Assembly: GCA_037443035.1 (NCBI GenBank) | Contig: JBBIPC010000007.1 | Location: 119,658 to 183,657, forward strand | Source of the DNA: Chthonomonadales bacterium | GTDB taxonomy: Bacteria > Armatimonadota > Chthonomonadetes > Chthonomonadales > CAJBBX01 | Reading direction: 5' to 3' | Length of the DNA stretch: 64,000 nucleotides | Shown: positions 9,860-19,498 of the stretch, in pieces | Numbering within the stretch: the first letter of the stretch is position 1 | Layout of the letters: each line of letters opens with the position of its first letter | Notes under the pieces: generated by a model | Told to the model about the DNA's origin: nothing | What the model saw: the letters and a program-made list of their open reading frames with translations, nothing else | The model's database searches: none | Made by a program: the position numbers and the translations under genes

Positions 9860-10774
9860 CTAGCGTGCGAACATGTTCGGCCCCTGGCGGAGCACTCGCG
9901 GAATGTCCATCTTCCGCGCGGTACCTGCCAGGGATATGGCTATGACCGACCCGCTGTTGGCTGTCGCTTGATGCCATGTGCAGTAGGTCAGCAGGGTCGT
10001 GTCGGCCGGCGGGTTCGCGTACTTCAACTGGTTCGGCAAGTCATCGAGGCCTTTGACCCCCGTCCAGTCTGGGCTGTAATGGCGGTCATAGACTAGGATG
10101 CCACCCGGCTTGGTCACAGGATTCCCATTCGGTCCGATGCGCGGCCCGATATCGTACGAGTCCCACGTATAGAAGTACCGCGGCTGGAGATAGGCACCAC
10201 CTGCGCATGGATCCGCGGGGCTTATCTCCCAATAGCAGTCTACCGTGCCATATTCGTCCGAGGGGCATCCCTTGGAGCGCAGGAAATCCCCGATCCACGC
10301 TGCATCCCAGTAGTACGGCTGGCTGGGATCCGCAGTCTGCGTATTCGGGTAATAGGCCACCGTCACCGACGTCAGATCATCGCTTAGAGCATCCGGACAA
10401 TGGAAGGTGGCCGTGTCTTTCACCTGCTCCCGGTACAGGAAGCCGTTGATCAGCTCGTTGGCGGGCACGACCGCGCCCGCGCCAGTGTACGGCACGTGGC
10501 GGGGGATACTCGGGTCCGCCACGCAGCCGGGGTCGGTCGAAGCCGATTCTGCGTATCCTAACAGCGCCGGCGGGTAGCCCCCTTCGTCCTCATTGTAGAT
10601 CCGGGCCGCGACGTACATCTGGTGAAGCTTCGTCTGGCAGTCAGCAGCCCGCGCTTGCTCCCGCACGGTGCCCGCCAGCGGGAAAATGATGGCGGCCAGC
10701 ACCGAGATGATCGCGATCACCGTGAGAAGCTCGATAAGCGTGAAGCCGACCTCACGCGAACGTATCATCTTCAT
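9860..10774 (-). CDS. Prepilin-type N-terminal cleavage/methylation protein (304 aa, Cys-rich)
   Basis: [25 protein letters not shown]; start moved to ATG 10774 behind GAAAGGGA RBS. Confidence 0.85.
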   Translation of the reverse strand: MKMIRSREVGFTLIELLTVIAIISVLAAIIFPLAGTVREQARAADCQTKLHQMYVAARIYNEDEGGYPPALLGYAESASTDPGCVADPSIPRHVPYTGAGAVVPANELINGFLYREQVKDTATFHCPDALSDDLTSVTVAYYPNTQTADPSQPYYWDAAWIGDFLRSKGCPSDEYGTVDCYWEISPADPCAGGAYLQPRYFYTWDSYDIGPRIGPNGNPVTKPGGILVYDRHYSPDWTGVKGLDDLPNQLKYANPPADTTLLTYCTWHQATANSGSVIAISLAGTARKMDIPRVLRQGPNMFAR

Positions 10775-10920
10775 GTCCCTTTCACCCCCGTGCGGCCCTT
10801 CGGGCGCCGCATGGCCGTTTGTCCTGTGCCCTTTTCGGAGCACAGTCTCTTCGATTCTTCGGTACGACGACGTTCAGCCGTCCTATGTTCCCGCGCGCCA
10901 GCGCTCGGCGTCGCTCGACG

Positions 10921-11973
10921 CTATGTGCCTCCGGCGAAGCCTGCCCATTGGAGGTACCAATCAATGGCCCTCTGGCCCGCCACGATGGCAGCGAAGGCGC
11001 CGATGACCATGAACGGCCCGAACGGTACCTGCGTAGGCATGGGCACGAACTCCTCCCCATTCTCTTCCTCTGGTAGTTGCCGTTCCCACCACTGCACGAA
11101 TCGCCTTGCCCAGCCGAGCCTCAGGGCGTAGCCACCCTCGATGATCAGGTCCGCGAAGGTGAGGTAGAGCACACTCGCCAGAGCGAAGAGGCTCCATGGT
11201 GTCGGCGGCGGTGCATGCATCGCTCCACCCTCCTCCGCCTCCTGGAGACCCTCAGCACGCCTGCGATGCCCCCGGATGATGCAGACCGCACCGCCGATGA
11301 CGGCACCCGCACCGATGGCGAAGAGAAACGACACCATTGCCAGCGGCAGCGGCAGCATGGCTCCGATGGCTCTAGCCAGCTTCACGTCGCCATCGCCCAT
11401 GGCGTCTTTGCGGAAAAGGGCGAGTCCCAGCGCCTGGATACCCACGAAAATGGCTGCGCACACCATGGCTCCCATGACCGACCGTGGCAGCCAGCCCCAG
11501 ATCAGGCTGCGCCCTGGCTCCCCGGCGGCGATGCCCCATGCATCACGTCCTAGCCCCGCCAGCAGTGCCACTGTGTTGACACCGTCGGGGATGATGTAAT
11601 GCTCCACATCGATGCCGAATGCCGCAACCAGTGCCGCAGCGAAGACGCAGAGGGCGATCCCGTCCGCGGTGGCGCCGTACTGCCAGACGAGACCACCAAA
11701 GATGGCGGCGGTGATCAGCTCGACCCAGAAATAGCGCCAGGCGATGGGTCCTTTGCACGTCCGACACCGTGCGCGGAGGACGAGGAAGCTCACCATGGGG
11801 ATGTTCTCGAACCAGGCGAGCGGCCGGTTGCAGTGAGGACAGTGGGAGCCCGGATTGATAACGGACTCCCCTCGCGGGACGCGCCAGATGACGACGTTCA
11901 AGAAGCTGCCGACAACGGCTCCTGTGGCGAAAGCCACGGCTACCCACACGGGGTCCGTGGGGCCAGGCAGCAC
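10921..11973 (-). CDS. pilD: Prepilin peptidase/N-methyltransferase
   Basis: GSFLNVVIWRVP, SHCPHC and RCRTC Zn motifs, GDGDVKL, VPFGPF. Confidence 0.95.
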   Translation of the reverse strand: MLPGPTDPVWVAVAFATGAVVGSFLNVVIWRVPRGESVINPGSHCPHCNRPLAWFENIPMVSFLVLRARCRTCKGPIAWRYFWVELITAAIFGGLVWQYGATADGIALCVFAAALVAAFGIDVEHYIIPDGVNTVALLAGLGRDAWGIAAGEPGRSLIWGWLPRSVMGAMVCAAIFVGIQALGLALFRKDAMGDGDVKLARAIGAMLPLPLAMVSFLFAIGAGAVIGGAVCIIRGHRRRAEGLQEAEEGGAMHAPPPTPWSLFALASVLYLTFADLIIEGGYALRLGWARRFVQWWERQLPEEENGEEFVPMPTQVPFGPFMVIGAFAAIVAGQRAIDWYLQWAGFAGGT

Positions 11974-11992
11974 GCGTAGACCCTACATGCGC

Positions 11993-12024
11993 CGTTCGGC
12001 GCCCGTAGATACGGACGCCGAACG
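11993..12024 (-). other. Intergenic stem-loop between pilC and pilD
   Basis: Minus-strand RNA CGUUCGGCG-U-CCGU...ACGG-G-CGCCGAACG; the single mismatch is a G-U pair only on the transcribed strand; no U-tract. Confidence 0.55.
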
Positions 12025-12058
12025 AGAGTATGGCCCGGCGCTGAAAGCCACTGCGCGC

Positions 12059-13309
12059 TTATTCCATCTCACCCGCGCCCCTGGTGCTATCACCGGCACC
12101 GGACGTCAGGTTCTGAATCACCGAGATCAGCGGCATGAACATGGCGATGACGATGAAGCCTACGCAGAAGCCCAGCACGACGATGAGCACGGGCTCGATG
12201 GCCGAGGTCAGGCTCTGGAGCGTTGCCTCGACCTCTTGCTCGTAGAACTCCGCAATCTTCGTCAGCATGGAGTCCAGAGCACCAGACTCCTCCCCAATGG
12301 AGATCATGTGGACCACCATGGGTGGGAACATGCGGCTCTTCTCCAGCGGGTCGTTGATCCGGTCGCCCTCCCGTATTCGGGCACGGGCCTGCATGATCGC
12401 CTCAGCGATAATCCCGTTGCCCACCGTGCCTGCCACTGTTTCCATAGCCTGGAGAATGGGCACGCCGGACACGAGCAGAGTGCCAAGCGTTCGCGCGAAG
12501 CGTGCGAGCGTGATCTTGTGATGGAGCTTGCCGAAGACCGGTACCTTCAGTTTGATCCGGTCTATGACTCGCCTACCCACTCGGGTCGTGCCGAAGTACT
12601 TGATGGCCAGGTAGGTGACGATGATGATGAGCAGCCCCATCCACCAGCGGCTCTTCAGGAAGTCACTGAAATCCACCAAGAGCTGCGTCATCCAGGGAAG
12701 CTCCTTGACGCCAAGGTCGCGGAACAGTTCGATGAACTTGGGCACGATGAACGTCGTCAGTCCTACCACGATACCGACGGCAACCACGACGACGATCACA
12801 GGATAGGTCATGGCTGCTTTCACCTTGCGGCGAAGCTCCATGTCCTTCTCCAAGAAGCCCGACAGTCTCTGGAGCGCCTCCTCCAGCACACCACCGACCT
12901 CCCCTGCTCGGACCAGACCGATGAACAGGTTGTTGAAGGTCTTGGGGTACTTGGACATGGCCTTGGATAGTGTGTTACCCGCTTCGACCTCCTGCTGAAG
13001 GTCCAGGATGATCCGCTTCAGCTTGGGGTTCTGGGTCTGTTCGCCAAGCACGTCGAGAGCGCGCACCAACGATACACCGGCGTCTATCATCGTCGAGAAC
13101 TGCCGGCAGAAGACCGACAGGTCCCCCAGCTTGACGCGGCCCCATCCGCCACCCGGCTTCCTCCGGCCTGCGGCGGTCTGCGTAATATCCGCGACAGTGA
13201 AGCCCTGCTCCTGCAGCCGTCGCCGCAGTACTTCGGCGTTATCCGCCTCGGACGTGCCTGTGCGCGTCTGTCCTGAGGCATCTCGCACTGTGTAGCTGAA
13301 CGTTGCCAT
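12059..13309 (-). CDS. pilC: Type IV pilus platform protein (GspF family)
   Basis: FCRQFSTMIDAGV, GEVGGVL, AAMTYP, GEESGALD, IEPVLIV. Confidence 0.95.
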   Translation of the reverse strand: MATFSYTVRDASGQTRTGTSEADNAEVLRRRLQEQGFTVADITQTAAGRRKPGGGWGRVKLGDLSVFCRQFSTMIDAGVSLVRALDVLGEQTQNPKLKRIILDLQQEVEAGNTLSKAMSKYPKTFNNLFIGLVRAGEVGGVLEEALQRLSGFLEKDMELRRKVKAAMTYPVIVVVVAVGIVVGLTTFIVPKFIELFRDLGVKELPWMTQLLVDFSDFLKSRWWMGLLIIIVTYLAIKYFGTTRVGRRVIDRIKLKVPVFGKLHHKITLARFARTLGTLLVSGVPILQAMETVAGTVGNGIIAEAIMQARARIREGDRINDPLEKSRMFPPMVVHMISIGEESGALDSMLTKIAEFYEQEVEATLQSLTSAIEPVLIVVLGFCVGFIVIAMFMPLISVIQNLTSGAGDSTRGAGEME

Positions 13310-13351
13310 ATCGGTATCCTCCTGGCAGGCCGTGTGCCTGCCTCGTCGGCC

Positions 13352-14548
13352 TTAGACCGGTCTGGTGCCAACTGCCCCCGGAGGTGCCATGGTCGCCGTA
13401 CGGATCATCTTCTCCAGTTCCGGCGGGTTCATGGCGCGCTCCATGGCTATCTCGTACGTGATGAGTCCGCGCAGATAGAGATCGCGCAGGCTCTGGTCCA
13501 TGGTCTGCATGCCAAGATTGGCGCTCGTCTGGATCATGGAGGTGATCTGGTGCGCCTTGTTTTCGCGGATCAGGTTGCGGATGGCCGGGCTAGCCGTCAT
13601 GATCTCCATGGCGCAGATACGACCCGGCTGGTTGGCTCGCGGGAGCAACTGCTGGCAGAGGATGGCCTGGAGGTTGTTGGAAAGCTGCAATCGCACTTGC
13701 TCCTGCTGTCCAGGCGGGAAGGAGTCCACGATGCGTTCCACCGATGTCGCCGCACTGTTCGTATGCAACGTGGCAAAGACCAGGTGGCCCGTCTCCGCTG
13801 CCGAAACCGCCATCTGCATGGTTTCCAGGTCGCGCATTTCGCCCACGAGGATCACATCCGGATCTTCGCGCAAGGCAGCGCGCAGCGCATTTGCGAACGC
13901 CAGCGTATCGCCTCCCACCTCGCGCTGATTGATGATGCTGAACTTGTGCGTATGCAGATACTCGATGGGGTCCTCGATAGTCAGGATGTGCACACTCCGC
14001 TCGTTGTTGATCTGGTTGATCATGGCAGCAAGAGTGGTGGACTTACCAGACCCTGTGGGGCCTGTGACGAGAATTAGGCCACGCGGCAGGCGAGTTAGTT
14101 CCTCGAGGACCGGTGGTAGGCTCAGGTCACGCAGTGTCGGGATTCGGGAAGGTATGACGCGGAACGCGCTGGCAACGTTGCCTCTGTCTCGATAAACGTT
14201 CACGCGGAAGCGGGAAAGCCGAGCCAGCGAATACGAGAAGTCCAGTTCGAAGGTTGTCTCGAAGCGCTGGATCTGATCGTCGGTGAGAATGTCATAGACG
14301 AGGCGCTGCGATTCCTGCGGCGTTACTTTCTCATAGTTGGTGGGCAATAGCTGACCGTCCACGCGGATGATGGGCGGCACACCGACGGACAGGTGCAGAT
14401 CCGACCCGCCCTTCTCTACAACGATCCGCAAGAGGTCATCTACATGGGCGTCCTCCAGTGGTCGTGGACGCGCGGCAGCGGCCGTAGCCGTCGCCGTACC
14501 GGCCGGCTGCGGCGCTGGCTGTGGTAGTGGTATAGTTTGCTCAGACAA
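13352..14548 (-). CDS. pilT: Type IV pilus retraction ATPase
   Basis: GPTGSGKS, TIEDPIE, REDPDVILVGEMRD, AIRNLIRE signature. Probable TTG start behind AAGGAAGG (ORF track starts 14593). Confidence 0.95.
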   Translation of the reverse strand: MSEQTIPLPQPAPQPAGTATATAAAARPRPLEDAHVDDLLRIVVEKGGSDLHLSVGVPPIIRVDGQLLPTNYEKVTPQESQRLVYDILTDDQIQRFETTFELDFSYSLARLSRFRVNVYRDRGNVASAFRVIPSRIPTLRDLSLPPVLEELTRLPRGLILVTGPTGSGKSTTLAAMINQINNERSVHILTIEDPIEYLHTHKFSIINQREVGGDTLAFANALRAALREDPDVILVGEMRDLETMQMAVSAAETGHLVFATLHTNSAATSVERIVDSFPPGQQEQVRLQLSNNLQAILCQQLLPRANQPGRICAMEIMTASPAIRNLIRENKAHQITSMIQTSANLGMQTMDQSLRDLYLRGLITYEIAMERAMNPPELEKMIRTATMAPPGAVGTRPV

Positions 14549-14699
14549 TCCGACCTTCCTTGCCTCATGCGCTCCGTTAACAGCGGCGCGCATGCATAGT
14601 CTTCTGAGAGTTTCTCGCTAAACCATTGTCATTACTACACGTCACCCTGGCACTTGTTTCCCTGGATACGACGCCTCCGGCGATCCCATCGGGCCCGTC

Positions 14700-16490
14700 T
14701 CAGTCTACGCCAGCGGTGAATACGACGCGGCGCACTTCCTCAGGGGTCGTTATGCCTTCCAGGACTTTCAGCAGACCGTCCTCGCGCAGCTCCAGCATAC
14801 CGTTGGCCTTGGCCGCATCTCGGATATCGGCCAACGGAGCACGCCGCACGACTAGTTCAGCGATCTCGTCGTTCATGCGTAGTAACGAGTAGATCCCTAG
14901 TCGTCCTCGATAGCCGGTGTGACGGCACTGCTCGCAGCCCCGTCCACGCCACAGCGTGATCTTCTGGTCTGGGTTCTCGGGCTTGAAGCCGAAGCGTCGT
15001 AGGTACGCCGCTTCCTCTTCGTACGGCTCCTTGCAGTTCTGGCAGACCTTTCGTGCCAGGCGCTGGGCCAGAACGCCAATAACCGTTGCGGAGATGAGGT
15101 ACGGCTCCACACCCATATCGATCATACGAATGACCGCTGATGGCGCGTCGTTCGTGTGAAGGGTCGAGAGGACAAGGTGCCCCGTCAGAGCGGACTCGAT
15201 AGCGATTTCCGCCGTCTCCAGGTCGCGCATTTCGCCGACCATGATGATGTCAGGGTCTTGCCGCAGGAAGGACCGGAGCGCGTTACTGAACGTAAGTCCT
15301 GCCTTCCTGTTCACCTGCACCTGCGTAATACCCGGCAACTGGTACTCGATAGGGTCTTCGATGGTCAGGATGTTGACTTCTACGGAGTTCAGCTTGTGGA
15401 GGACGCTGTATTGCGTTGTCGTCTTGCCCGATCCGGTCGGCCCCGTGGACAGCACCATGCCCTGGGGCTGGCTCACCAGCTCTTCTAGTTGTGCCTGGGT
15501 CTCGGGAGAGAACCCGAGCTTGTTGAGGCCAATGAGAACGCTGCTCTTATCGAGAATACGACAGACGATCTTCTCGCCATGGGCGTTGGGCAGACACGAC
15601 ACGCGTAGGTCGTAGTCCTTACCCTGATAGGTAATGGGGATACGCCCGTCCTGGGGTACGCGCCGCTCGGCGATGTTCATTTCGGCCATGATCTTGAAAC
15701 GGGAAATGAGCGGCGGCTGGATGTACTTCGGCATGGTCATGGTCTCGTGGAGAACGCCGTCCACCCTGTAGCGGATTCTGACGCCGCGCCGCTGTGGCTC
15801 GATATGGATGTCCGACGCATCTTCCTTGATCGCCTGCTGGATCAGAGCGTTGGCCACCCGGATAACGGGAGCCTCATCAGCCATGGCGACCGCAGCTTCT
15901 TCATCCTCATCCACGGCCATATCGCCGGACGAACCGATCTTTGCTGTGTTCTCCCTGATCTCCGCGTAAAGATCCGACATCCGACTGACTGCTGTCGGCC
16001 CCGAGACCGGTGCCGGGGTCTGATCGCCTCCCTGAGCAGCCGCCTGCGTCTGAGATCCGTACGCCCGGTTGATGGCATCTTCGATCGCCGTTGCCGACGC
16101 CAGGGCCGCCTTGATCGTGCATCGAGATACCAGGCGCAGATCGTCGGCCGCGTAGGGGTTATTGACGTCCGCCATGGCGACGATGAGCGTGTTCGTCGCC
16201 GAATCCTTCTTCACCGGAATGACATTGTGACGCCGGGCAATGTGCTCGGGCACCAGGTTCACGGCGCTCGGTTCAGGAGCGAACTTGCCGAGATCCACGA
16301 AGGGAATGTTCAGCTCCTGGGCTCGCGCTTCGGCCACATCGCGCTCCGAGACGAGACCTTGTTCGATGAGAATCTTCCCTAGGTCCGCCCGAGACTGCCT
16401 CTGCGCCTCACGTGCCTGCTGGAGTTGTTCGGGCGTGATGAGCCCCTTCTCCACCAGGTAATCGCCCATGCTCTTCCGTGCTATCGCCAT
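14700..16490 (-). CDS. pilB: Type IV pilus assembly ATPase
   Basis: MshEN-like N-terminus, ERRVPQDG, GPTGSGKT, LRQDPDIIMVGEMRD, CQNC/CEQC. Start MAIARK at 16490. Confidence 0.95.
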   Translation of the reverse strand: MAIARKSMGDYLVEKGLITPEQLQQAREAQRQSRADLGKILIEQGLVSERDVAEARAQELNIPFVDLGKFAPEPSAVNLVPEHIARRHNVIPVKKDSATNTLIVAMADVNNPYAADDLRLVSRCTIKAALASATAIEDAINRAYGSQTQAAAQGGDQTPAPVSGPTAVSRMSDLYAEIRENTAKIGSSGDMAVDEDEEAAVAMADEAPVIRVANALIQQAIKEDASDIHIEPQRRGVRIRYRVDGVLHETMTMPKYIQPPLISRFKIMAEMNIAERRVPQDGRIPITYQGKDYDLRVSCLPNAHGEKIVCRILDKSSVLIGLNKLGFSPETQAQLEELVSQPQGMVLSTGPTGSGKTTTQYSVLHKLNSVEVNILTIEDPIEYQLPGITQVQVNRKAGLTFSNALRSFLRQDPDIIMVGEMRDLETAEIAIESALTGHLVLSTLHTNDAPSAVIRMIDMGVEPYLISATVIGVLAQRLARKVCQNCKEPYEEEAAYLRRFGFKPENPDQKITLWRGRGCEQCRHTGYRGRLGIYSLLRMNDEIAELVVRRAPLADIRDAAKANGMLELREDGLLKVLEGITTPEEVRRVVFTAGVD

Positions 16491-16597
16491 TGTGATCCAC
16501 CTGACCTCTTTCGATCGCGCGCCGGCGCATCCGATATCCTCAGGCGCTCTACGGAGTGCGAATCTCCCGTGTCCCAACGAGGACACGGACTCTCTCG

Positions 16598-16626
16598 ATT
16601 ATATCACACCCACCTCAGTGCCGCAA
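16598..16626 (-). promoter_or_regulatory. Sigma70-type promoter of the pilus operon
   Basis: TTGCGG-N17-TATAAT with extended -10 (TGaTATAAT) about 110 nt upstream of pilB. Confidence 0.75.
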
Positions 16627-16644
16627 CCGCTGTCGCCCACCGAT

Positions 16645-17517
16645 TCATGTCCCGTTGCCAGCACTCAGGGCTGCCTCTACCGCCGCTGCCATTGCGTTCA
16701 CATCGGGCTCCTCCTGAAACCAAATCCGGTACGATGCCGCGCCCTGATGCACGAGCATGGGTACGCCGTTCATGGTCCGACATCCTGCGCGGCGTGCCTC
16801 TGCCAGAAACTTCGTCTCCGGTGGACGGTAGACCAAGTCCACCACGAGCATCGTGGACCGCAGAGAGGTCAACCGGACCGGTGGCATGCTTCCCTCGCGC
16901 GGGGTCATCCCAGCAGACGTTGCGTTCACCACAACAGCGGCGTCCTCGAGCGCAGCGATCTCCTCCGGCGACCCAGGTACTGCTACCGTAAGATGGCCAG
17001 GTCGCAACAGGCTGGAGCCCACCCATTCCACCAGTTCTTCGGCCCGCTGCATGGTGCGGTTGACGACCGTCACTTGCCCACCAGCCCTCAGAGCCGCGTA
17101 AACGACGGCCCTTGCTGCACCGCCGGCACCGTAGACTACCGTTCGAACACCAGACAGGTCGGCACCGGCTTGTTTGACGGCCGCGGAGAACCCTTCGACA
17201 TCCGTGTTATAACCAATCATGCGGCGGCCATCGAAACGCACCGTGTTCACGGCTCCGAGCAGTTCAGCCTCGGTCGAGAGCTCGTCCATCAGTTCTACGG
17301 CCGGTACCTTGTGAGGGATCGTCAGATTCACACCAGCGAAACCCATTGCCCTGGCGCCGTACAGCGCCGATGCCAGATCTTCTGGGGTGACGTGGAACGC
17401 TGCGTAGACGCACGGCAGCCCTGCGGCCTGAAGCGCCGCATTATGCATCTGGGGTGACAGTGAGTGCTCAACTGGAAAGCCGAAAACGCCGGCCACGCGG
17501 GTCTCTGCGGTGATCAA
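16645..17517 (-). CDS. aroE: Shikimate dehydrogenase
   Basis: HSLSPQMHN, NLTIPHK, GAVNT, GYNTD, GAGGAA, MLVHQG. TTG start assumed. Confidence 0.95.
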   Translation of the reverse strand: MITAETRVAGVFGFPVEHSLSPQMHNAALQAAGLPCVYAAFHVTPEDLASALYGARAMGFAGVNLTIPHKVPAVELMDELSTEAELLGAVNTVRFDGRRMIGYNTDVEGFSAAVKQAGADLSGVRTVVYGAGGAARAVVYAALRAGGQVTVVNRTMQRAEELVEWVGSSLLRPGHLTVAVPGSPEEIAALEDAAVVVNATSAGMTPREGSMPPVRLTSLRSTMLVVDLVYRPPETKFLAEARRAGCRTMNGVPMLVHQGAASYRIWFQEEPDVNAMAAAVEAALSAGNGT

Positions 17518-17682
17518 GCCTCGTCGAGACTCCTCCTTGTGTCGTTGACGACGAACGTCGTTCGGATGTTCCAGACAGTACACGGAGCCGCGAGATGAAC
17601 CACGCCGCAATCGGTGGCGTTCGCGATGTCACCTCGTCCGAGCCACGTGCGGCATGGCCCAGTCTGGCGACACTGCAATAGG

Positions 17683-17705
17683 ACTGCCGACAGCGGCTCG
17701 GCAGT
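17683..17705 (-). terminator. Hairpin downstream of sulfatase
   Basis: ACTGCCGA-N7-TCGGCAGT perfect 8-bp stem; weak U-tract. Confidence 0.4.
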
Positions 17706-17719
17706 ATGTCCATGGGCTA

Positions 17720-19369
17720 TCACGGCGTCACGTGCCCGGCCTGTTCCCGGAACTGTTCCTCGCAGGCCTGCCATTTGGCTGATAGCCGCCGCACCAGATC
17801 GGGGAATTGGCTTGCCAGGTTCCGCATCTCGCTGCGATCGGTGCGCATGTCGTACAGCTCCCAAGGTCCACCAGCCCTGGCGACGAGTTTCCAATCTTCT
17901 TGCCGAATCGCCCGGTGCCCGATATGGTGGAAATATAGGTACTCCCTCGGCACATCGGCATCACGGTTGAAAACTCCGCAGAGACTCCTTCCCGGCAGTG
18001 GAGGAGCCTGGTGGCCGTTCCATCGAGGCTCCACAGGAGAAGCAGCAAGGTCCACCAGCGTCGGGATGACATCAATGAAATGGCAGACGGCATGGCGAAG
18101 CTCGTCGCGCCCAGCAATGCCCCTTGGCCAATGGAGGATGAGGGGTGATGAGATGCCTCCTTCGTGCACCCATGACTTGTGGAGACGGAAGGGGGTGTTG
18201 GAGGCGGTGGACCAACCAGGCCCCAGGCACAGGAACGTCCCCGCCGAGCCTGGATCGGCGCTCTTGTCGTGCATGTCTCCGCGGATGATCTGCTCCGCGC
18301 TGGCGCCGTTATCGGACACGAAGAGGATCAACGTGTCATCCAGAACGCCCATCCTCTCTATCTCACGCAGGATGCGGCCGATTTCCATGTCCATCCGGTC
18401 TACCATGGCCGCGTGAATGGCCATCTTCGTGGCCTGGAACCTCTTCTGCTCCTCGGTGAGACTCTCCCACGGCACAGCCCGCGGCGCTTCGCCAGCCCCG
18501 ATCTTCTCCTTCAGCTCCGCCGCGGTCAGATTCCAGTCTGGGATGATCTCCGGATCCGGAGGTGGCAGGGGGCAGTTGACCAGCCCCATCTCTCGCATGC
18601 GCTGCCACCGCTCATGGCGAATCCGATCCCAGCCGACCATATACCGATCTCGGTACCGTTCGATGTCTTCCCGGAGGGCATGGAGCGGGAAATGGGGCGA
18701 CGTGAAGGCCAGATAGAGGAGGAAGGGAGCGCCTTGGTAGTCGCGTTCGTGCTCTCTGAGAAACTGGAGTCCTCGTTCGGCTATATGCGTCGTCAGGTAG
18801 AACCCAGAGCCAGGCCGCACCGGTGGAAGCGGCTTGTCGTCAAGTTCATGTTTCTGCGGCGCGAAGTACCGGTCGTGGTCGTGGATCACGTAGGACCGAT
18901 CGAAATGGCCGTCGGCGACGACTTTCGGCGCTCCCATGAGGTGCCACTTCCCCGAGTGGTAACACCTATAGCCAACCGGCTTCAGGTAGTCCGGCAGAAC
19001 CCGTGTCCAGGCAGGAAGGCGCCCTTGCGGCGGGTCCATACGAACCTGCTGTGCGTAGTAGCCCGTCAGGAGGCATGCGCGGGATGGCCAACACCGCGCT
19101 GTGGAGTATGCCTGGGTGAAACGGAGGCCGTTGCGAGCTAGGCGGTCCAAGTGGACTGTCCGAACCTCGCCTCCGTAGCAGCCAGGGTCGCTGAACCCCA
19201 TGTCGTCCGCTACTATTATAAGGATATTGGGTCGCCGGTTGCGCGTCTGTTCGGTCTCGGCGTCGTTTCGGTGCATAGCCATGCTTGCACTCCATGCCAC
19301 AGAGCCACCCAGCATAGCGCGACGGGTAAGCCCGCGGTTAGCTTCGCGCTTGTTCGATGCCGTGATCAC
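17720..19369 (-). CDS. Arylsulfatase, probable Tat substrate
   Basis: LTRRAMLGG; PNILIIVADDMG; CWPSR (CxPxR) formylglycine motif; GKWH; SDNG. Confidence 0.92.
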   Translation of the reverse strand: MITASNKREANRGLTRRAMLGGSVAWSASMAMHRNDAETEQTRNRRPNILIIVADDMGFSDPGCYGGEVRTVHLDRLARNGLRFTQAYSTARCWPSRACLLTGYYAQQVRMDPPQGRLPAWTRVLPDYLKPVGYRCYHSGKWHLMGAPKVVADGHFDRSYVIHDHDRYFAPQKHELDDKPLPPVRPGSGFYLTTHIAERGLQFLREHERDYQGAPFLLYLAFTSPHFPLHALREDIERYRDRYMVGWDRIRHERWQRMREMGLVNCPLPPPDPEIIPDWNLTAAELKEKIGAGEAPRAVPWESLTEEQKRFQATKMAIHAAMVDRMDMEIGRILREIERMGVLDDTLILFVSDNGASAEQIIRGDMHDKSADPGSAGTFLCLGPGWSTASNTPFRLHKSWVHEGGISSPLILHWPRGIAGRDELRHAVCHFIDVIPTLVDLAASPVEPRWNGHQAPPLPGRSLCGVFNRDADVPREYLYFHHIGHRAIRQEDWKLVARAGGPWELYDMRTDRSEMRNLASQFPDLVRRLSAKWQACEEQFREQAGHVTP

Positions 19370-19498
19370 GGTAACGGCTCTCCTGTCTGATCGAGTCGGG
19401 CTGGTCTCTACGCTAGTTCGTTGAGGACGGTCTCCGTTCCTGCCGACTTATCCCTGCCGTGGACTGTGGCCGACTGTCCGACAAGGTATAACGCTGGC

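Noticed and set aside
14549..14699. Riboswitch upstream of pilT
   Set aside because: Only a modest hairpin (CATGCGC...GCGCATG); no known aptamer consensus recognised by eye.
12059..16490. Type II secretion system
   Set aside because: A PilT with the AIRNLIRE motif and the pilB-pilT-pilC order indicate a type IV pilus.
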